From IMG/VR virus record IMGVR_UViG_3300035698_034156: a stretch of 64,000 bases of DNA. One strand, written 5' to 3'. Made by a program: the position numbers and the translations under genes. Below, piece after piece: positions 9,481 to 19,598 of the stretch (position 1 is its first letter; every line of letters begins with the position of its first letter). This DNA comes from an uncultured virus (IMG/VR IMGVR_UViG_3300035698_034156). Lineage: Duplodnaviria > Heunggongvirae > Uroviricota > Caudoviricetes. The notes beneath the pieces are model-generated. The model worked only from the letters and a program-made list of their open reading frames with translations, searched no databases and was not told the DNA's origin.

Positions 9481-10224
9481 CTATCCTTTATTTACTTGTT
9501 TTTTTATATCACTAAAAGTGTTATAAAGAATTTCTATTGACATATTATTTGCTCCGTCTGGAAAGAAATCTGGTTGGTGTAAAAAGTTTCTCCAATCTGG
9601 ATATGAAAATTCTTTACCGTTTTCTTTTACAAATTCTTGTATATCTTCTAGTGTTATGTTATGGTTCTTGAATTCTTCTTCTGCGTAATCAGGTATTTCA
9701 ACTGTTTCAATAACTGAATCAGAATTTATTGTTTCTTCTACTTCATCTTCAAAATCATCTTTTTCACTAAGAAAATTTCCATTTTCCTCAGGTTTTTCAT
9801 TTGTTGATAAAGAATCTTCATTTATTTCCGCATTTGGTAATTTGTAACGAAATACACCATCAACTTTTTTTCTTACAACCATTCCTCTTCTATAAAGATT
9901 TAAAGCTCGTGTTGCTGTTTCGCTTCCTGAAAATCCAAGATTGGATGCAATTTCCCCTACTTTTGTTCCTGGGAAATTTTTTATATATTCTAATACTTTT
10001 TTTGATTTTCCTTTTTTACCAAAAACTTTTTTGGCTGAGGTCGATTTAGTATTTTTAATCATGAGTTTACTAATTTTCATAGCTTTTTTATTACTCATTT
10101 CTTGTTTCAAAATACCAAAGAATTCGTATTGTTTTTCGTTTGAAAATCCTCTAAGGAATCCCTGTTGGTGTTTATATCTCGCAATTTTTTCATTTACTTC
10201 TTCTATTTCCGTCTCAAGAGTCAT
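9481..10224 (-). CDS. protein with central winged-HTH domain and acidic C-terminus
   Basis: KVLEYIKNFPGTKVGEIASNLG...LYRRGMVVRKK..FRYKL. Confidence 0.65.
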   Translation of the reverse strand: MTLETEIEEVNEKIARYKHQQGFLRGFSNEKQYEFFGILKQEMSNKKAMKISKLMIKNTKSTSAKKVFGKKGKSKKVLEYIKNFPGTKVGEIASNLGFSGSETATRALNLYRRGMVVRKKVDGVFRYKLPNAEINEDSLSTNEKPEENGNFLSEKDDFEDEVEETINSDSVIETVEIPDYAEEEFKNHNITLEDIQEFVKENGKEFSYPDWRNFLHQPDFFPDGANNMSIEILYNTFSDIKKQVNKG

Positions 10225-10233
10225 TATGACTCA

Positions 10234-10262
10234 CCTCCTGTTTCAATATAATAATAATATTA
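10234..10262 (-). promoter_or_regulatory. conserved leader/RBS shared with 34351-34379
   Basis: TAATATTATTATTATATTGAAACAGGAGG, 26/29 identical to the copy upstream of the glutamine amidotransferase gene. Confidence 0.55.
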
Positions 10263-10272
10263 ATATCTCCTT

Positions 10273-11184
10273 TTAAATGTTTTGTTTAATCCAATCTGTT
10301 GTTATCTCAATACCCTCTTTTAACCTTACTTTTGGTTCATATTTCAAAATTTCCTTGGCTTTCGAAATATTTGACAAAAAATACTTCACAGGCTCATCCC
10401 TTGATTTTGGCTTATAAGTAACTTCAGGTCTTCCTACCAACTCAGATAATTTTCTAATTGTGATAGATTCACCAAAACCAATGTTTATACTTTCACCCTT
10501 AAGTTTATACGATTTCATCGCTAACATATTAGCATCTATTACATCCGATATATATGTAAAATCTCTAGTTGAAGTACCATTTCCTTCTATTTCAATTGGT
10601 TTATGCTTTAAAGATTGATAAATGAATGTCGGAATAATATTACTCAAATCCTGTCTAGGACCAAAAACATTGAAATATCTTAAACACATTGTATCTAATC
10701 CATATAAATTAAATCTTTTGCATAATGTTTCCCCAATATATTTAGAAATGCCATATAAATTTTGGGGGTCCTCATATTCTCCCTCTGTCTTTAATGCGGT
10801 TGGGCTCTTACCATAAATCATAGAAGAAGAAGAAAAAATAAACTTTTTAACATTATTTTTCAGTGATTCTTCCAATATATTAGCTGTGCCAGTTACATTT
10901 ACATTAATAGTTCCTGCTACATTTTCTTCTGCTTTTTGAACTGATGATATTGAAGCGAAATGAAAAACAACATCAATATCCTTTACAGCATCTCCAACAT
11001 CCTTTAGATTCGTTATATCTCCTCTATACCATTCAACACTGTATTTATTTTCACCTAATCGTTTATCAGATTTAGCATTATCTAAAATCCTTACTGAATG
11101 ACCTTTTTCTAATAGTCTATCTACTAAGTGACTTCCTATAAATCCACATCCACCTGTTACTAATACACTCCTCGACTTCATCAA
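10273..11184 (-). CDS. NAD-dependent sugar epimerase/dehydratase (GalE/WbpP-like)
   Basis: VLVTGGCGFIGSH, YGISK, LRYFNVFGPRQ, RDFTYISD. Confidence 0.92.
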   Translation of the reverse strand: MMKSRSVLVTGGCGFIGSHLVDRLLEKGHSVRILDNAKSDKRLGENKYSVEWYRGDITNLKDVGDAVKDIDVVFHFASISSVQKAEENVAGTINVNVTGTANILEESLKNNVKKFIFSSSSMIYGKSPTALKTEGEYEDPQNLYGISKYIGETLCKRFNLYGLDTMCLRYFNVFGPRQDLSNIIPTFIYQSLKHKPIEIEGNGTSTRDFTYISDVIDANMLAMKSYKLKGESINIGFGESITIRKLSELVGRPEVTYKPKSRDEPVKYFLSNISKAKEILKYEPKVRLKEGIEITTDWIKQNI

Positions 11185-11900
11185 TTCACCCTCTTTAAAA
11201 CAAAAAAACCGATATATGAATCATTTTCTACAACATCATATTTTAGATGTTTTAATGCCACATAGTGCTGTAGCCATCCAAACAGATGTCTTACATTTTT
11301 CGGAATTTTATAATAAATAAAATCATGATGTTTCTTAGATTTTGCTCCAAGCATAAAACCAACTTTTTCTAACATTAACCCAGATGGTTTAACAATCCGT
11401 TCTATAAAAGCCTTTCTGTTATATCTTCTTTGAAAAAATCTACCCCATTGTTCTTCTTTATATTTTTTCCAAAAAGGCACTGTAATTATTACATTTCCAT
11501 TTGTTTTTAAAAGCTTTGAAATTGACTTGATTGCTTCAGTATCTCCATTTTCTCCTTCAACATGTTCTATTGTTGATAAACATAAAATTGTATCATATTT
11601 ACCTGTTTCAAAATATTTTATATCGCTATCAGTATAGTGTATTTTTAAATTAAGTTTTTTCCCAAGTTTTAAAAGTTTAATTAATCTTTTTGGGTCAGGT
11701 TCAACTATTGTAACTTCGTGACCTTTGCTAGCCAAATAAAACGGAAACGATGACCTCCAAGTTCCAACATCTAATACTTTTTTGCCTATTTTTTCCTGTA
11801 GTATTTTATCCATTTCAAATGTTTTTATAAAATCTAAACCTAAAATTCTATGCATCATACTTGTATTTGCATTAAATTTTGCATATTCTTTCATATTCAT
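11181..11900 (-). CDS. class I SAM-dependent methyltransferase
   Basis: VLDVGT, YDTILCLSTIEHV, LLKTNGNVIITVPF. Confidence 0.85.
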   Translation of the reverse strand: MNMKEYAKFNANTSMMHRILGLDFIKTFEMDKILQEKIGKKVLDVGTWRSSFPFYLASKGHEVTIVEPDPKRLIKLLKLGKKLNLKIHYTDSDIKYFETGKYDTILCLSTIEHVEGENGDTEAIKSISKLLKTNGNVIITVPFWKKYKEEQWGRFFQRRYNRKAFIERIVKPSGLMLEKVGFMLGAKSKKHHDFIYYKIPKNVRHLFGWLQHYVALKHLKYDVVENDSYIGFFVLKRVN

Positions 11901-12505
11901 TCTTTCACCTTTTGTGCAATAGTTAATCCTCTATCATAAATATCCACATTTATAATCACATAATCTTTTCTGGATTCTAAATATTTTCTAAACCTAATAG
12001 AATCATTAGAATCTAATATTTTCATAAATGTATCATGAGCTGTAACTATGCCACCTAATTTCATTATTTTATCTACAGCTTTAAAACTTTCAATATATGT
12101 AGCTTTTGCGGCATCTAAAAAAATGAAGTCAACTTTTTCAATTTTATTATTTGCTATTATCAATGGCAGAGCAGATACAACATCTCCTTCTACTAATGTT
12201 ATATTATCATATTTTTTCAAAGATTTTTTTGATTCTTTAATAAACTTCTCATCATATTCAAATGTATAAATTTTAGCGTCTGGATTGTTTTCTGCTAATA
12301 TTGATGTAGTACACCCACGAAATGTTCCTGTTTCAATTATCACTTTGGAATCAATAGATTTAGCTAAATAGGACAATAATTGCGATAATGTGTATTGGGC
12401 TGAAATATTATCTGCGAAAACTGTTTTCATCATATATTTTTCCGTTGTTGAATAAAACGGACTAAAATCTATGTAGAAAGACCTAATTAATTTTTTGATT
12501 TGCAT
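11897..12505 (-). CDS. O-methyltransferase (class I SAM-dependent)
   Basis: IIETGTFRGCTT, VDFIFLDAAK, GGIVTAHD. Confidence 0.88.
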   Translation of the reverse strand: MQIKKLIRSFYIDFSPFYSTTEKYMMKTVFADNISAQYTLSQLLSYLAKSIDSKVIIETGTFRGCTTSILAENNPDAKIYTFEYDEKFIKESKKSLKKYDNITLVEGDVVSALPLIIANNKIEKVDFIFLDAAKATYIESFKAVDKIMKLGGIVTAHDTFMKILDSNDSIRFRKYLESRKDYVIINVDIYDRGLTIAQKVKE

Positions 12506-12711
12506 AAATAATAACCTCCTATTGAAATTTCAGGATATTTACATAATGGTATATGGGACACTATATATTCAGCTTCTTTTTCTGCGCATGGTAAACATAT
12601 TTGTTTTAGTGCCTTTCTTTCCATCACTTTTTTTAATCCTTCATCATTTCTAACTGTAGTACCAATTAAAACAAATAATATCATAGTTTTTATTATTACT
12701 TTTGTTTCCAA
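12487..12711 (-). CDS. small hypothetical protein with CxxC
   Basis: ICLPC; fills the gap between operon genes. Confidence 0.45.
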   Translation of the reverse strand: METKVIIKTMILFVLIGTTVRNDEGLKKVMERKALKQICLPCAEKEAEYIVSHIPLCKYPEISIGGYYLCKSKN

Positions 12712-13961
12712 GTTTTCACCTCATTAATAAAAGAATTTTTAATTAATACAATATCTTGTATTCTCGGAATGATTTGTATTCCTGTTCCTTTATACAAATA
12801 AATAAATGTAACTATATTAGAAATAGTTTGTGCTATAATCAATCCTATTATTCCTAACCATGAAGAAAGCCAAAATCCAATTATAATCATTATTATCAAT
12901 GCTATAAAATTAGCCTTTACTAATTTATGTGTTTTATTAATGGAACGATAATAATTTCCCATCGCTCCAAATAATCCCGTAAACTGAAGCATTATAAAAA
13001 ACGGAACTAAATATAATCCATCAACATAATTCGGAAAAAACCAAGTTACTACTATTGGAGCAATAATTGCATAAATAACAGATAAAAACGATACAAATAT
13101 AATTGACATTTTAAAATTTAAAGATGTATGTTTTTTTGGTTCTTTTTCACTTGTGTATGGTAAAAACACTTCATTAATTGTTTTCAGTGGTAATTCAATA
13201 AAATAAAGAGTTGTTTTTTGAATCAAATAATAAAATCCTAAATTCATTCCAAAAGTAAACATACCTAAATAAAATAGAGCCAATTGAATTCTTCCAGATT
13301 TAAATATGTTCATGAATATTGTGCCTTTAACAAATTTATTTATTTCTGTCCAATCTGGTTTCTTATTCTCAAATTTAATGCGTCTATACTCAATTATTCC
13401 AAATAATGAAGATGCAACTAAAGATATAATTTTTCCAATTACAATCCCATTTATTCCGTATCCTAAATATATAGCAAACAAAAATGTAAACAGCAAATTA
13501 GTTCCCATTTCTATAGCTGATTGTTTCCACATTGTTCCAAACTTTTTCATACCCCAAAAAATAGAGTTTAATATTACAGTTGTTGGAATTAACAATATTA
13601 TTACAGAAAGAGATAATGTTACATTTGCTCCAAGTCTAAAATATTCTTGAAAAGAACCATTAAAACAGATATAAATTCCAGTTATTAATATTAGTATGGA
13701 ATACATTACAACTAATACTTTTTTTATCAACTCTTTTGATTGAATTTTAGCTGTCCATACAGTTAGAACCCCAGTACTTATTTGTGTCCCAAACAATATT
13801 GCAATATTTCCAACAAAAGCCATTGCCCACATTATTATTCCATATTCTTCTGGTGGCAATGCATTTGCTATGATATATGTGTAAAGAAAACTACACGCAA
13901 ATGTGGTTACTTTGCTTCCCATAGATAAAAGAAAGCTTCTAGCTATTTTCATATTTATCAC
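12696..13961 (-). CDS. wzx: oligosaccharide flippase (Wzx/MOP superfamily)
   Basis: IIANALPPEEYGI, about 12 TM segments, LGIIGLIIAQTIS. Confidence 0.8.
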   Translation of the reverse strand: MINMKIARSFLLSMGSKVTTFACSFLYTYIIANALPPEEYGIIMWAMAFVGNIAILFGTQISTGVLTVWTAKIQSKELIKKVLVVMYSILILITGIYICFNGSFQEYFRLGANVTLSLSVIILLIPTTVILNSIFWGMKKFGTMWKQSAIEMGTNLLFTFLFAIYLGYGINGIVIGKIISLVASSLFGIIEYRRIKFENKKPDWTEINKFVKGTIFMNIFKSGRIQLALFYLGMFTFGMNLGFYYLIQKTTLYFIELPLKTINEVFLPYTSEKEPKKHTSLNFKMSIIFVSFLSVIYAIIAPIVVTWFFPNYVDGLYLVPFFIMLQFTGLFGAMGNYYRSINKTHKLVKANFIALIIMIIIGFWLSSWLGIIGLIIAQTISNIVTFIYLYKGTGIQIIPRIQDIVLIKNSFINEVKTWKQK

Positions 13962-14638
13962 TTAATACATTTTTTGAAATTATCCAAAAATTCTTGAATG
14001 GTATCATCAGTTTTTTGATGATTTATTAGTGTATCGAAAAATTGATATGGAATCGTGATAACATCAGGATTAAGTGTAAACATTGCATTTATTTGTCCAA
14101 ATGTTCTAATACTTCCCACTATCACTTTTGTTTCATAATAGTTTCTATTATACACTTTCATTATGTCTTTTAGTGTATTCCAAGGATTAATTCCTATATC
14201 CCCTGCACGTGAATAGAAAAAACTTCCATATGTTGCTCCTGATAACGCAACTGTTACCATTTGATTTAATGTCATACATCCTGTAATATTTGTTTTTGCT
14301 CCTTGGTTCTCTTTCCATAATCGAGATTGTGCTAATAATCCTATTTTAGAAGCTGGAAGTTTTATTACAGCGTTTTCTCCCCACGATGATATTTCTACAG
14401 CTTGTTTAACCATTTCATCTAAGTTATTTGTGGTTACTTCAATGCTTACATCTCCATTAACTGTTTTAAGCACTTTTTTCATATGTTCTTTAAAATATTC
14501 CATATTCTGTACATTTTCCTCGTTTCTTGACATGTCTTTATAGAATATTTTAGGGTTTGTTGTGCAACCACTGATTATTCCTAAATTGTTCAATTCTTCT
14601 AATTGTTTCAAATCCGATGTATCGGCGAATATTTCCAT
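13958..14638 (-). CDS. tal: transaldolase (short TalC/Fsa type)
   Basis: IFADTSD, GCTTNP, VSIEV, VIKLP (Schiff-base Lys), TNIT, VGSIR, ITIP. Confidence 0.9.
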   Translation of the reverse strand: MEIFADTSDLKQLEELNNLGIISGCTTNPKIFYKDMSRNEENVQNMEYFKEHMKKVLKTVNGDVSIEVTTNNLDEMVKQAVEISSWGENAVIKLPASKIGLLAQSRLWKENQGAKTNITGCMTLNQMVTVALSGATYGSFFYSRAGDIGINPWNTLKDIMKVYNRNYYETKVIVGSIRTFGQINAMFTLNPDVITIPYQFFDTLINHQKTDDTIQEFLDNFKKCIK

Positions 14639-14639
14639 C

Positions 14640-15092
14640 TCAATTACCTCCTTTTATCGCGTTAACGCTTAACTCTAATCTGTTTTTCATTACTTTTTTT
14701 ATTGCATTAGCATTACCTTGAACATCTCGTTTCTTAACTAAATATCCATTATATCCATCTATAATCGTTTCCTCTGCGCCTGTTTCAGCAGAACCAATAC
14801 AAGGAACTCCGAAACTCATTGCTTCAGGATAAATCAACCCAAAACTTTCATACACGGATGGAACACATAACACATCAGCTTTTTGATATTGTTCTGATAA
14901 TTTTTCTTTCGTCACCCAACCATGTAATTCCAAATTTTTAACTTTCTTTATCCTTTCAATATCCTTTTTATCCATTAAACCTACCACTACAAGTTTTACA
15001 TTGGATGGAAGTAATTTCATTGCTTCAGATAAATACCATAATCCTTTAATCCACCCTGAATTCCCAACCCATAAAACTCTGAATTCTTTCAC
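14640..15092 (-). CDS. glycosyltransferase family 4, C-terminal domain only
   Basis: KGL...PSVYESFGLIYPEAMSFGVPCI; 150 aa, no acceptor-binding domain. Confidence 0.75.
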   Translation of the reverse strand: MKEFRVLWVGNSGWIKGLWYLSEAMKLLPSNVKLVVVGLMDKKDIERIKKVKNLELHGWVTKEKLSEQYQKADVLCVPSVYESFGLIYPEAMSFGVPCIGSAETGAEETIIDGYNGYLVKKRDVQGNANAIKKVMKNRLELSVNAIKGGN

Positions 15093-15680
15093 TTATAAAT
15101 CTCCTCGGATGGCAAATGCAATGTAGTGACTAAGAATTACGTGTAATGATTCTATTACTGGCACACTTTCCATCTTTTCTATTGGAACTAAGCAAATATC
15201 GGATTTTTCCATTACTTGTCCTCCTGTAAAACCAGAGAACCCTATTGTCGTAGCTCCTTGTTCTTTAGCATAATTTATTGCTTTAATCAAGTTGTTACTC
15301 CAGTTTGTTTCGCATCCATGTGCACTGAAAACAACTAAAACATCTCCTTCTGTTATTCTTTTTCTCAATTGGTTCACGTATGCATAATCCCATCCATCGT
15401 CATTTGTGTGAGCTGTTAACAAAGCAGTGTTATCGTTCAAACAGACAACTCTAAATCGTTTTTTATCTTCTCTATCAGATGTTTTCATTAGGTCTGCCGC
15501 AAAATGAGAAGCTGTTGAAGAACTTCCACCGTTCCCAACCATATACACTCTTTTACCTTTGTCTCGAGCTAATTCAAGAATTTCTATAACTTTATGTAAA
15601 TCATCCTTATCTATATTTATCATAGCTTTATGTATGTTAGAAAAATAATCTCCAACAGACATATCATATTCTCCAATCAT
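15093..15680 (-). CDS. gmhA: phosphoheptose isomerase (SIS domain)
   Basis: VGNGGSSSTASHFAAD, TAHTND, EGDVLVVFS, SGFTGG, IESLHVILSH. Confidence 0.92.
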   Translation of the reverse strand: MIGEYDMSVGDYFSNIHKAMINIDKDDLHKVIEILELARDKGKRVYMVGNGGSSSTASHFAADLMKTSDREDKKRFRVVCLNDNTALLTAHTNDDGWDYAYVNQLRKRITEGDVLVVFSAHGCETNWSNNLIKAINYAKEQGATTIGFSGFTGGQVMEKSDICLVPIEKMESVPVIESLHVILSHYIAFAIRGDL

Positions 15681-15994
15681 TTAAATTCCTCCTCTTTTTC
15701 TACTATTTTCATGTTTCCATTACACCAACCTTCTTGAAAATCTTTTTCTAAAGGTTCGTTTGTTTCAACTTTTTCAGCAAACTCTTTCACATCTTCCCAA
15801 TTCATATTATTCTGTGCCCAATCAAAAAGGTCATAATAATCCCCATCTACTGGATTCAAAGCCAAAGAATATTCTTCTGATTCAATATCTTTACCTTCTC
15901 TTTTACCATAATGTTCAGCTCTACTTTTTGCAATAATCTTAGCAGGAACATCCCACTTATCCCCATTAACCATCTCAACTCTAATAAACTTCAT
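15677..15994 (-). CDS. virus-like hypothetical protein
   Basis: DWAQNNMNWEDV motif of a kind seen in phage hypotheticals (recall); coupled by 4-bp overlaps. Confidence 0.6.
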   Translation of the reverse strand: MKFIRVEMVNGDKWDVPAKIIAKSRAEHYGKREGKDIESEEYSLALNPVDGDYYDLFDWAQNNMNWEDVKEFAEKVETNEPLEKDFQEGWCNGNMKIVEKEEEFK

Positions 15995-17055
15995 TCAACC
16001 ACCTTCAATAATATATCTTCTTTTTCTTTATCCCATAACAAATCCGTTTTTTTCATTTCCAGTTTAAATTTTTCTTCATATCCTTTTTCATAAAATTCAT
16101 TAATAGCTTCAGATAAAGCAAAAGAACTATGTGATGGTTTCAACAAACCATTAACTCTATTTTCTATTAAATCAGAATTCCCACCAACATCAGTAGTTAT
16201 AATCGGCGTATTAAACGCAAACGCATTATGAATTATACCTGACTGAGTTGATGAAAGATACGGTAAAACAACAGCATCACATGCACAAAACCATTGCATC
16301 ATTTCTTCATCATTAACATATTTATTGTGAACCATTATTTTATCACTGCTTATTTTTGTTTCTAATTCTTCCCACCATTCTCCCACAATATATAAATTCA
16401 CATCTTTACCAACATCTTTCATAGCTTTAACTAAATAATCCAATCCTTTATATGGTCTGACAAATCCAAAGAAAAGTAAAAATGGCTTTGTTATTCCTAA
16501 CATTTTTTGCGCTTCTTTTTTACTTATAGATTTTTTTATTACATTATACTGTGAATCTATCATAAATGATACTTCTTTTTTTGGAAAATTTTCTTTCGCC
16601 ATTTTTTCATCTGATTTTGCTAATGTTATTAATTTATCTGCTTGGTTCAAAAAAAGTTTTGTCATTATTTCATTAAACATATTTTTTTCGTGTGGAAAAA
16701 CATTATGACATAAAACATGTTTTTTACAATGAATCAATTTTGAAATTGTCCAATAACACGGTGTTAGAAATGTTGTCCACCAAACAAATATTACTACATC
16801 TGAATTAAATTCGTTAATTTCTTTAGCTGTTTTTATCCAACTCAACGGATTAACAGTATTTAATATAAATTTAGTATTATGCAGCGGTTTTTTGTTTTCT
16901 TTTTGAAACTTACCTTTGTAAAGGAAACTTGGATACAAATAAGAAAATGAAATGACTTTTACATCATGGTCAGATAAATTTTTGCACATAGTTGTAGCTG
17001 AATGAGATATCCCACCCCGAAAAGGAGTAACTGGAGCTATTATTATCACTTTCAT
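15991..17055 (-). CDS. glycosyltransferase family 4
   Basis: Start ATG 17055 (MKVIIIAPVTPFRGGISH), FFGFVRPYKGL, VVLPYLSSTQSG, PIITTDVGG. Confidence 0.92.
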   Translation of the reverse strand: MKVIIIAPVTPFRGGISHSATTMCKNLSDHDVKVISFSYLYPSFLYKGKFQKENKKPLHNTKFILNTVNPLSWIKTAKEINEFNSDVVIFVWWTTFLTPCYWTISKLIHCKKHVLCHNVFPHEKNMFNEIMTKLFLNQADKLITLAKSDEKMAKENFPKKEVSFMIDSQYNVIKKSISKKEAQKMLGITKPFLLFFGFVRPYKGLDYLVKAMKDVGKDVNLYIVGEWWEELETKISSDKIMVHNKYVNDEEMMQWFCACDAVVLPYLSSTQSGIIHNAFAFNTPIITTDVGGNSDLIENRVNGLLKPSHSSFALSEAINEFYEKGYEEKFKLEMKKTDLLWDKEKEDILLKVVE

Positions 17056-17186
17056 ACTTGTTCCCAATAATGTTGGTCTTCTATTTCTTCTGCGCATTTT
17101 AAACAAATTAATTTTCCTTTATACATTAATGCATCTCCTTCAGTTCTTCCGCATAATTCACATCTTTTTCCGTTTTCAAAATTCAA
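17052..17186 (-). CDS. zinc-finger microprotein (44 aa)
   Basis: Manual translation MNFENGKRCELCGRTEGDALMYKGKLICLKCAEEIE...; 4-bp stop/start overlaps on both sides. Confidence 0.7.
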   Translation of the reverse strand: MNFENGKRCELCGRTEGDALMYKGKLICLKCAEEIEDQHYWEQV

Positions 17187-18160
17187 CAATCTAATTCCCC
17201 CAAAATCTTTGCTCCTTCAAAATCAAAATTAAAAGACATTTCTTTCAGTCCTAATTCACACATTGATTCTCTTAAACTAAACTTGTTTTTCTCATCACAA
17301 TAAAACATCATAAACCCACCGCCACCAGAACCAACTAATTTTCCTCCAACAGCACCATTCTCTATTCCTGTTTTGTAAACTAAATCTATTTTTTCGTTTG
17401 ACATATTTTTAGATATGTTTCGCTTATTTTTCCAATGAATACTCATTGTTTTAGCAAAATCTTCTAACATTCCATTCGTAAGAAATAACAAAGAATCATT
17501 GTATATGTCTTGAATAGTATCCATTTCAATTGTTTTTCCATCTATAACTTTTTGTTGCTGTTCACCTAATATCTCTTTAGATTTATGAGTATATCCTAAA
17601 AAGAATAACATTAAATTGGATTCCAACTCTTTTGTTCTTTCTTCTTCTATTGGTAAATGTTTAATCCAAACATTACCATCTTGATTAACGTGAAAATTTC
17701 TGATTCCTCCGAACACTGATATAAATGGGTCCTGTTTCCCACCATTCGCTTTTCTTTCTATTTCAAACGCTTCTTCCGCCAGTTCATATTTAGTTTTTTT
17801 AATTCCTAAGTGATAATGCACAGCATTTAGTAAAGCAACCGTAAAACTTCCACTGCTTCCTAATCCTGTACCTGCTCCAACATCTGCTATTGATGTTATT
17901 TCTATTGAATTACCTAAATCATATGTTTCAAGGACTTCTCTAAATATTCTATGTTCTATTTGACTAGGATTATCAACTATTTCTGTTTTCGAATATTTTA
18001 ATTTAATTTTATTTTCAATTGAACGGTCATGTAAAATAATATACATGTATCTGTCAATCGCGGCTGAAATCCATGAACCAGAAAATCTTTCATAGTATGC
18101 AGGTAAATCTGTTCCTCCTCCACCTAAACTTATTCTTAATGGTGCGCGACTAATAATCAT
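17183..18160 (-). CDS. hddA: D-glycero-alpha-D-manno-heptose 7-phosphate kinase (GHMP family)
   Basis: RAPLRISLGGGGTDL, GTGLGSSG, GGKQD, GGKLVGSGGGGF. Confidence 0.92.
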   Translation of the reverse strand: MIISRAPLRISLGGGGTDLPAYYERFSGSWISAAIDRYMYIILHDRSIENKIKLKYSKTEIVDNPSQIEHRIFREVLETYDLGNSIEITSIADVGAGTGLGSSGSFTVALLNAVHYHLGIKKTKYELAEEAFEIERKANGGKQDPFISVFGGIRNFHVNQDGNVWIKHLPIEEERTKELESNLMLFFLGYTHKSKEILGEQQQKVIDGKTIEMDTIQDIYNDSLLFLTNGMLEDFAKTMSIHWKNKRNISKNMSNEKIDLVYKTGIENGAVGGKLVGSGGGGFMMFYCDEKNKFSLRESMCELGLKEMSFNFDFEGAKILGELDC

Positions 18161-18345
18161 TCATAATTACCCTCTTCTTGTTTTCTTAAATAATCATCAA
18201 GCCAAAAATAAAACCATATTATAAAAACCCAAAATGCTGTTATCCCAATAAACGCTGAAAAAAACGATAATATTGAACTAGATAAAAAACTTGCTGACAT
18301 AAATAATATCGCAATCAATCCTATTGCAAACATAAATAATTTCAT
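18157..18345 (-). CDS. small two-TM membrane protein
   Basis: Hydrophobic, ATGA-coupled. Confidence 0.6.
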   Translation of the reverse strand: MKLFMFAIGLIAILFMSASFLSSSILSFFSAFIGITAFWVFIIWFYFWLDDYLRKQEEGNYE

Positions 18346-19598
18346 ATTTTTAACTCCTTTAAACTCGATATTATCAGGGACGGTTTTGATGTAATTTTTT
18401 TATTTGCTGACCATCTTGTATTTTTATCCGTTAAATTATATCCTGTTTTAACTCCTATCGGAGTTACTCCAACTGATTGTCCTGCTATCATGTCCATATT
18501 CATATCTCCCACTATAAACGAAGCAGAAAGATTAATTCCCATTTCTTTTTGTGCTTTTAATATCATTCCTGGTTCTGGTTTTCTGCAATCACATATAATT
18601 TTGAATTCAGGATTTTCTTCTGGAAATCCTTTATCAGGATGGTGTGGGCAATAATATATTCTGTCAATGTATGCTCCGTGTTTTCCAAGTTCTGTTTCTA
18701 ATTTTTTATGAACTTTTTCAAGTTCTTTTATGGTTGTTTCATTTTTTGCTATACCTGGCTGATTTGTTATCATTACAACTAAATATTTTGAATTATTTAT
18801 TTCTTTTATTTTATTAATTGCTCCATCTATAAATTTCAGTTGATTCGGTTTTATAGTTGTTATTGTTTTTATAATTGTGCCATCTCTATCAAGGAAAAAA
18901 GCTTTATTTTTTGTTTTTATATCTATTATTTTAGCTTTGCGTAGTCTTTTTGGTGTTCCTATATCCATTATGAATTCGTGTGTATTGTACGCGTACACTT
19001 TATGTGATTTTATTACATTTGGTAAAATATCTTGTGCAAAATCACTTTTTCCTTTTGATATCATTTTAAAAATTTCTGGTTTAAGAATGTATATACTAGC
19101 ATTTGACAAATTTCTATAATTTGTTTTTAAATTATGTGGATGTGGGTAAATTTTTGTTATTAAATCATTTTTTGTTTCTATTAAATCTGAATCTTCCATA
19201 TGTATCGTTGGATGAACCACAATAGTTGCTATTCCGTTTTTTTCATTATGATATTTTATTAACTTTTTGAAATCGAAGTCAATAAGTTTATCTCCGTATA
19301 TCACAATAAAATCTTTATCTAATAATGGTTCTACATCTTTAAGCGCTCCTGCTGTTCCTTTCGGTTCTGTTTCTTTCCCAATTAATACACCAAAACACTT
19401 TATTTTTTCTAAATATTTAACAATTTTTTCGTGTCCATAATGAGTTAGAATTATTATATCGTTTATTTTTATTCCTGAATCCGATAAAAGTTTTATTTGT
19501 CTTTCAAGAATAGTTTTACCTTGTATATTTAACAGACACTTTGGTTTATTTCCATTCATTCTAGTTCCTTTTCCTCCTGCTAAAATTACGACTTTCAT
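18342..19598 (-). CDS. hddC-gmhB: fused heptose-1-phosphate nucleotidyltransferase (HddC-like) and heptose bisphosphate phosphatase (GmhB, HAD IIIA)
   Basis: VILAGGKGTRM..PK, GTAG, DIGTP; then FLDRDGT, TNQPGIA, CPHHP..CDCRKPEPGM, VGD. Confidence 0.9.
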   Translation of the reverse strand: MKVVILAGGKGTRMNGNKPKCLLNIQGKTILERQIKLLSDSGIKINDIIILTHYGHEKIVKYLEKIKCFGVLIGKETEPKGTAGALKDVEPLLDKDFIVIYGDKLIDFDFKKLIKYHNEKNGIATIVVHPTIHMEDSDLIETKNDLITKIYPHPHNLKTNYRNLSNASIYILKPEIFKMISKGKSDFAQDILPNVIKSHKVYAYNTHEFIMDIGTPKRLRKAKIIDIKTKNKAFFLDRDGTIIKTITTIKPNQLKFIDGAINKIKEINNSKYLVVMITNQPGIAKNETTIKELEKVHKKLETELGKHGAYIDRIYYCPHHPDKGFPEENPEFKIICDCRKPEPGMILKAQKEMGINLSASFIVGDMNMDMIAGQSVGVTPIGVKTGYNLTDKNTRWSANKKITSKPSLIISSLKELKI

